DNA from: Candidatus Jacksonbacteria bacterium RIFCSPLOWO2_02_FULL_44_20
Lineage (GTDB): Bacteria > Patescibacteriota > Patescibacteriia > UBA9629
Assembly (NCBI GenBank): GCA_001818155.1
Contig: MHJU01000012.1
Location: forward strand, 1 to 62,728
DNA: 62,728 nt
Reading direction: 5' to 3'
Below the pieces are notes generated by a model. It worked only from the letters and a program-made list of their open reading frames with translations, was not told the origin of the DNA and did not search any database. The translations under genes and the position numbers were made by a program. Each line of letters begins with the position of its first letter. Positions within the stretch are counted from its first letter, which is position 1. Positions 57,612 through 62,728 of this stretch are shown in pieces.

Positions 57612-57941
57612 ATGATTCATCTTGACGCCACAAATCAAGCTCTTGGACGGCTTGCATCTCAAATCAGCCAGTATCTTCTCGGCAAACATAAGAGCGAGTT
57701 TGTTCCGTATAAAAATGTCGGGGATAAAGTTGAAGTCGCCAATGTTGACATGATAAAAATTACAGGCAACAAACTTGCTCAAAAAGTTTATTATCACCAT
57801 ACATTGTATCCAGGGCACTTGAAACAAACGTCGATGCATAAACTTTTGAAGTCCGATATGCTGAAAAGAGCGGTTTGGAATATGTTGCCAAAAAATAAAC
57901 TTCGCGAAGAACGCATGAAAAATCTTACCATTAAACTTTAA
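57612..57941 (+). CDS. rplM: 50S ribosomal protein uL13 (short)
   Basis: DA...LGRLAS, GKHK, YYHHT.YPG, MLPKNKL. Confidence 0.95.
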   Translation: MIHLDATNQALGRLASQISQYLLGKHKSEFVPYKNVGDKVEVANVDMIKITGNKLAQKVYYHHTLYPGHLKQTSMHKLLKSDMLKRAVWNMLPKNKLREERMKNLTIKL

Positions 57942-57942
57942 C

Positions 57943-58398
57943 ATGAGCATTGCAAAAAATCTTCCAAAACTTCAAAAAAAGAACAAGTACGATGAAATTT
58001 TTACAGATCGCGCTTACACTCACGCGGTCGGACGGCGAAAAAATGCAACCGCGCAAGTGCGTTTGTATGAAGAAGGACGAGGAAGAATTTACGTTAACGA
58101 AAAGGAATTCCGCAAATACTTCCCGCATTTTGAAATGCAAAAAATTGTTACTCGTCCGCTTGACATTGTAAAGGAAAAACAAAATCTGGACATATCAGTG
58201 AAAGTTTCGGGCGGCGGATTTCGTGGGCAAGCCGATGCATCGTCTCTTGCAATCGCGCGCGTAATTGCGAAGTGGAAGCCTGAATATCGTGAAAAATTAG
58301 CAAAAGAAGAACTCTTAAAAACCGATGCTCGCGTCAAGGAACGCAAAAAACCAGGGCTCAAACGCGCCCGCAAAGCTCCGCAATGGGCGAAGAGGTGA
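57943..58398 (+). CDS. rpsI: 30S ribosomal protein uS9
   Basis: GRRKNA, GGG..GQA, ERKKPGLKRARKAPQWAKR. Confidence 0.97.
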   Translation: MSIAKNLPKLQKKNKYDEIFTDRAYTHAVGRRKNATAQVRLYEEGRGRIYVNEKEFRKYFPHFEMQKIVTRPLDIVKEKQNLDISVKVSGGGFRGQADASSLAIARVIAKWKPEYREKLAKEELLKTDARVKERKKPGLKRARKAPQWAKR

Positions 58399-58405
58399 AA
58401 TATAT

Positions 58406-58717
58406 ATGGGAGTAGAAGAAAAGGAAATTCGCGGCGTATTGTCAGATGACGCTATAAATAAGTGCAGAAATTATCTATTTACTGAATGTTTGTGGGTGGC
58501 GGAGAATTGGCTTGGGTATAGCGCTGTGAGAGAGGATATTTTTAGCGACATTGAAAATCCTGATGCTTTAACTGCATTTGCCCATGAGGTAGTTAAAAAA
58601 ATTGAATCAACGCGCAACGAGGATTTTTGCTTTTATATGCAATACTATGGGAATACTGATCAGCTTGTGGACTGTATTGTCGAATATGCGCGAAAGATGC
58701 AACAAAAAATTTCTTAA
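58406..58717 (+). CDS. Hypothetical 103-aa acidic protein upstream of cas12a
   Basis: ATG 58406 with GAGGT upstream; MGVEEKEIRG... Confidence 0.6.
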   Translation: MGVEEKEIRGVLSDDAINKCRNYLFTECLWVAENWLGYSAVREDIFSDIENPDALTAFAHEVVKKIESTRNEDFCFYMQYYGNTDQLVDCIVEYARKMQQKIS

Positions 58718-58731
58718 TAACGATTTATATT

Positions 58732-58755
58732 GGGCGACAACCGTCGTCCTTTTTT
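58732..58755 (+). terminator. Intrinsic terminator-like hairpin
   Basis: GGGCGAC-AACC-GTCGTCC followed by T6. Confidence 0.7.
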
Positions 58756-58770
58756 AATTTTGTTTGAGGT

Positions 58771-61700
58771 ATGGAAAACATTTTTGATCAGTTTATCGGA
58801 AAATATTCTCTTTCTAAGACGTTGAGGTTTGAGTTGAAGCCGGTGGGGAAAACCGAAGATTTTTTGAAGATAAATAAGGTTTTTGAGAAAGATCAGACGA
58901 TTGACGACAGTTACAATCAAGCAAAGTTTTATTTTGACTCACTGCACCAAAAATTCATTGATGCGGCGTTAGCTTCAGATAAGACAAGTGAGCTGTCTTT
59001 TCAAAATTTTGCCGATGTGCTGGAAAAACAGAACAAAATTATTTTAGACAAAAAAAGAGAGATGGGCGCGCTTCGGAAAAGAGACAAAAATGCCGTGGGG
59101 ATAGACAGGTTGCAAAAGGAAATCAATGATGCGGAAGATATTATTCAGAAAGAAAAAGAAAAGATCTACAAGGATGTGCGAACGCTTTTTGATAATGAAG
59201 CTGAAAGTTGGAAGACATATTATCAAGAGCGAGAGGTAGACGGTAAAAAAATTACATTCAGCAAAGCCGATCTTAAGCAGAAAGGAGCTGATTTCTTGAC
59301 CGCGGCTGGAATTTTGAAAGTGCTCAAGTATGAGTTTCCAGAGGAAAAAGAAAAAGAATTTCAAGCGAAAAATCAGCCAAGTCTATTTGTTGAAGAAAAA
59401 GAAAATCCTGGTCAAAAACGATATATTTTTGACAGTTTTGACAAGTTCGCCGGATATTTGACCAAGTTTCAGCAGACAAAAAAAAATTTATATGCCGCAG
59501 ATGGAACATCAACGGCGGTAGCGACAAGAATTGCTGATAATTTTATCATCTTTCACCAAAACACGAAGGTTTTTAGAGATAAATACAAGAATAATCATAC
59601 TGATCTCGGCTTTGATGAAGAAAATATTTTTGAGATTGAACGATACAAAAATTGTCTTTTGCAAAGAGAAATTGAACATATAAAAAACGAAAATTCATAT
59701 AACAAAATTATCGGAAGAATCAATAAGAAAATAAAGGAGTATCGCGATCAAAAGGCAAAGGATACGAAATTAACAAAGTCAGATTTTCCGTTTTTCAAAA
59801 ACCTTGACAAGCAAATACTCGGTGAGGTTGAAAAGGAAAAACAGCTTATTGAGAAAACCCGCGAAAAAACAGAGGAAGATGTTCTCATTGAACGCTTTAA
59901 GGAATTTATTGAAAACAACGAAGAACGTTTCACAGCGGCAAAGAAATTGATGAACGCGTTTTGCAACGGTGAGTTTGAAAGCGAATATGAAGGAATCTAT
60001 TTGAAAAATAAAGCGATAAACACCATTTCACGCAGATGGTTTGTAAGCGACCGAGATTTTGAGTTAAAACTTCCGCAACAAAAGTCAAAAAATAAAAGTG
60101 AAAAAAACGAGCCAAAAGTCAAAAAATTCATCTCAATCGCGGAAATCAAAAACGCGGTTGAAGAACTTGATGGAGACATATTCAAAGCGGTTTTTTATGA
60201 TAAAAAGATTATTGCACAAGGAGGAAGCAAGTTGGAACAGTTTCTGGTGATTTGGAAATATGAGTTTGAATATTTATTCAGAGACATTGAAAGAGAAAAC
60301 GGCGAGAAATTATTAGGTTACGATTCTTGCCTGAAAATAGCGAAGCAATTAGGAATTTTTCCGCAAGAAAAAGAAGCAAGGGAGAAGGCAACTGCGGTGA
60401 TTAAAAATTACGCAGACGCGGGACTGGGCATTTTTCAGATGATGAAATACTTTTCGCTTGACGACAAAGATCGCAAAAACACGCCGGGGCAATTAAGCAC
60501 CAACTTTTACGCGGAGTACGACGGATACTATAAAGATTTTGAATTTATCAAGTATTACAACGAGTTTCGGAATTTCATAACCAAAAAACCGTTTGACGAG
60601 GACAAGATAAAGTTGAATTTTGAGAACGGGGCGTTACTAAAAGGGTGGGATGAAAACAAGGAATATGACTTTATGGGAGTAATTCTAAAGAAGGAAGGAC
60701 GGCTTTATCTCGGAATAATGCATAAAAATCATCGTAAACTTTTTCAGAGCATGGGCAACGCCAAAGGCGACAATGCGAATCGCTACCAAAAGATGATTTA
60801 CAAGCAAATAGCGGACGCGTCAAAGGATGTGCCGCGTTTATTGTTAACTTCAAAAAAGGCGATGGAAAAATTTAAGCCGTCGCAAGAAATACTGCGGATT
60901 AAAAAAGAAAAAACATTTAAGCGGGAGAGCAAAAACTTTAGTTTGCGAGACCTTCATGCCCTAATTGAGTATTATAGGAATTGCATCCCTCAATATTCTA
61001 ATTGGAGTTTCTATGATTTTCAGTTTCAAGACACTGGTAAATATCAAAACATTAAGGAATTTACAGACGATGTTCAAAAATACGGATATAAAATATCCTT
61101 TCGGGATATTGATGACGAGTATATAAATCAAGCCCTCAACGAGGGGAAAATGTATTTGTTCGAGGTTGTCAATAAAGATATTTACAATACGAAAAACGGG
61201 TCTAAAAATCTCCACACATTATATTTTGAGCATATCTTGTCCGCAGAGAATCTTAACGATCCGGTGTTTAAGTTAAGCGGAATGGCGGAAATTTTTCAAA
61301 GACAACCATCAGTCAATGAGAGAGAAAAAATTACAACGCAAAAAAATCAGTGCATTTTAGACAAGGGCGATAGAGCATATAAATACCGCAGGTATACCGA
61401 AAAGAAGATTATGTTTCACATGTCCTTGGTTTTAAATACGGGCAAGGGAGAAATAAAGCAAGTGCAGTTTAATAAAATAATAAACCAAAGGATTTCATCT
61501 TCCGACAATGAAATGAGGGTCAATGTAATCGGCATAGACCGTGGCGAAAAGAACCTTCTTTATTATTCAGTGGTAAAACAAAACGGGGAAATTATAGAAC
61601 AAGCCAGCTTAAATGAAATAAACGGCGTAAATTATCGCGACAAACTTATTGAAAGAGAAAAAGAGCGGCTGAAAAATCGACAATCATGGAAACCTGTAGT

Positions 61701-62728
61701 AAAGATAAAAGACCTTAAAAAAGGATACATATCGCATGTTATCCATAAAATATGCCAGCTTATAGAAAAATATAGCGCGATTGTCGTGCTTGAGGATTTG
61801 AATATGCGCTTTAAGCAGATTCGCGGCGGCATTGAACGAAGCGTGTACCAGCAATTTGAAAAGGCGTTGATTGACAAGCTTGGCTATCTAGTATTTAAGG
61901 ACAATAGAGATTTGCGTGCACCGGGCGGCGTCTTAAACGGCTATCAGCTTTCTGCGCCGTTCGTCTCGTTTGAAAAGATGAGAAAGCAAACGGGCATACT
62001 CTTTTACACGCAGGCGGAATATACATCAAAGACCGATCCAATTACGGGCTTCAGAAAAAATGTTTACATAAGCAATTCGGCTTCATTGGATAAAATAAAA
62101 GAGGCAGTAAAGAAATTTGACGCTATCGGATGGGACGGAAAAGAGCAAAGTTATTTTTTTAAGTATAATCCCTATAATCTTGCAGATGAAAAGTATAAAA
62201 ATAGCACTGTATCTAAAGAATGGGCTATCTTTGCTAGTGCTCCGCGCATTCGCAGGCAGAAAGGCGAAGACGGCTATTGGAAATACGACCGAGTGAAAGT
62301 AAATGAGGAATTTGAAAAATTGCTAAAGGTATGGAATTTTGTAAATCCTAAAGCGACGGACATTAAGCAAGAAATCATAAAAAAGGAAAAGGCTGGAGAT
62401 TTACAAGGAGAAAAAGAACTTGACGGCAGATTAAGAAATTTCTGGCACTCATTTATTTATCTTTTTAATCTTGTCTTAGAATTGCGAAATTCATTTTCGC
62501 TTCAAATTAAAATCAAAGCCGGCGAAGTGATTGCCGTAGATGAAGGGGTAGATTTTATCGCATCGCCAGTGAAGCCGTTTTTTACCACTCCTAATCCATA
62601 TATTCCATCTAATCTTTGCTGGCTTGCCGTAGAAAATGCCGACGCAAACGGCGCGTATAACATCGCGCGGAAAGGTGTAATGATTTTGAAGAAGATAAGA
62701 GAACACGCAAAAAAGGATCCCGAGTTTA
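58771..62728 (+). CDS. cas12a: Type V-A CRISPR effector Cas12a (Cpf1), 3'-truncated by the window edge
   Basis: Hand translation: MENIFDQFIGKYSLSKTLRFELKPVGKT; KIKLNFEN..LLKGWDENKE; NLHTLYF; IGIDRGEKNL (D923); IVVLEDLN (E1008); YTSKTDPITGF; LELRNS; NADANGAYNIARKG (D1291); 1319 codons, no stop. Confidence 0.98.
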   Translation, partial: MENIFDQFIGKYSLSKTLRFELKPVGKTEDFLKINKVFEKDQTIDDSYNQAKFYFDSLHQKFIDAALASDKTSELSFQNFADVLEKQNKIILDKKREMGALRKRDKNAVGIDRLQKEINDAEDIIQKEKEKIYKDVRTLFDNEAESWKTYYQEREVDGKKITFSKADLKQKGADFLTAAGILKVLKYEFPEEKEKEFQAKNQPSLFVEEKENPGQKRYIFDSFDKFAGYLTKFQQTKKNLYAADGTSTAVATRIADNFIIFHQNTKVFRDKYKNNHTDLGFDEENIFEIERYKNCLLQREIEHIKNENSYNKIIGRINKKIKEYRDQKAKDTKLTKSDFPFFKNLDKQILGEVEKEKQLIEKTREKTEEDVLIERFKEFIENNEERFTAAKKLMNAFCNGEFESEYEGIYLKNKAINTISRRWFVSDRDFELKLPQQKSKNKSEKNEPKVKKFISIAEIKNAVEELDGDIFKAVFYDKKIIAQGGSKLEQFLVIWKYEFEYLFRDIERENGEKLLGYDSCLKIAKQLGIFPQEKEAREKATAVIKNYADAGLGIFQMMKYFSLDDKDRKNTPGQLSTNFYAEYDGYYKDFEFIKYYNEFRNFITKKPFDEDKIKLNFENGALLKGWDENKEYDFMGVILKKEGRLYLGIMHKNHRKLFQSMGNAKGDNANRYQKMIYKQIADASKDVPRLLLTSKKAMEKFKPSQEILRIKKEKTFKRESKNFSLRDLHALIEYYRNCIPQYSNWSFYDFQFQDTGKYQNIKEFTDDVQKYGYKISFRDIDDEYINQALNEGKMYLFEVVNKDIYNTKNGSKNLHTLYFEHILSAENLNDPVFKLSGMAEIFQRQPSVNEREKITTQKNQCILDKGDRAYKYRRYTEKKIMFHMSLVLNTGKGEIKQVQFNKIINQRISSSDNEMRVNVIGIDRGEKNLLYYSVVKQNGEIIEQASLNEINGVNYRDKLIEREKERLKNRQSWKPVVKIKDLKKGYISHVIHKICQLIEKYSAIVVLEDLNMRFKQIRGGIERSVYQQFEKALIDKLGYLVFKDNRDLRAPGGVLNGYQLSAPFVSFEKMRKQTGILFYTQAEYTSKTDPITGFRKNVYISNSASLDKIKEAVKKFDAIGWDGKEQSYFFKYNPYNLADEKYKNSTVSKEWAIFASAPRIRRQKGEDGYWKYDRVKVNEEFEKLLKVWNFVNPKATDIKQEIIKKEKAGDLQGEKELDGRLRNFWHSFIYLFNLVLELRNSFSLQIKIKAGEVIAVDEGVDFIASPVKPFFTTPNPYIPSNLCWLAVENADANGAYNIARKGVMILKKIREHAKKDPEF

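Noticed and set aside
58714-62706. Short minus-strand ORFs from the track
   Set aside because: Antisense shadows of cas12a.

Overview
This is a bacterial chromosome segment in genetic code 11. The gene content and the terminal nuclease point to a CPR/Patescibacteria (Parcubacteria-type) genome, which is an inference. Housekeeping blocks are pyrF/carB/carA/pyrB, thrS, dnaE, rodA-rplY, prfA-prmC, hrcA-grpE-hsp20-dnaK-dnaJ, gltX, trxB, pduL-ackA, recJ and infA-rpmJ-rpsM-rpsK-rpoA-rplQ-rplM-rpsI. They are interleaved with defence/TA modules (HicBA, HindIII-family R-M, Fic, PIN, AbiEii) and a decaying accessory island after tRNA-Pro (IS30, IS481 remnant, MITE, pseudogenes, Cys-rich surface proteins). 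Top observations: (1) An ORF missing from the supplied track, 58771 to the window end (>=1319 aa, no stop), is a type V-A CRISPR effector Cas12a/Cpf1 with an intact RuvC triad and unusual basic residues at two PAM-reading positions. No CRISPR array or cas1/2/4 is in the window. (2) A complete 75-nt tRNA-Gly(CCC) is nested in frame, on the same strand, inside the Nudix domain of a TagA/WecB-Nudix fusion gene. (3) Two related small-membrane-protein cassettes in the dnaK locus have sigma70 promoter spacers built from a (GAA)n microsatellite (17 nt vs 29 nt), suggesting phase variation. (4) Short palindromic and heptameric repeats occur both between genes and in frame within genes. (5) The RNA polymerase alpha subunit lacks its C-terminal domain. 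All family calls come from motif recognition by eye; no searches were run.
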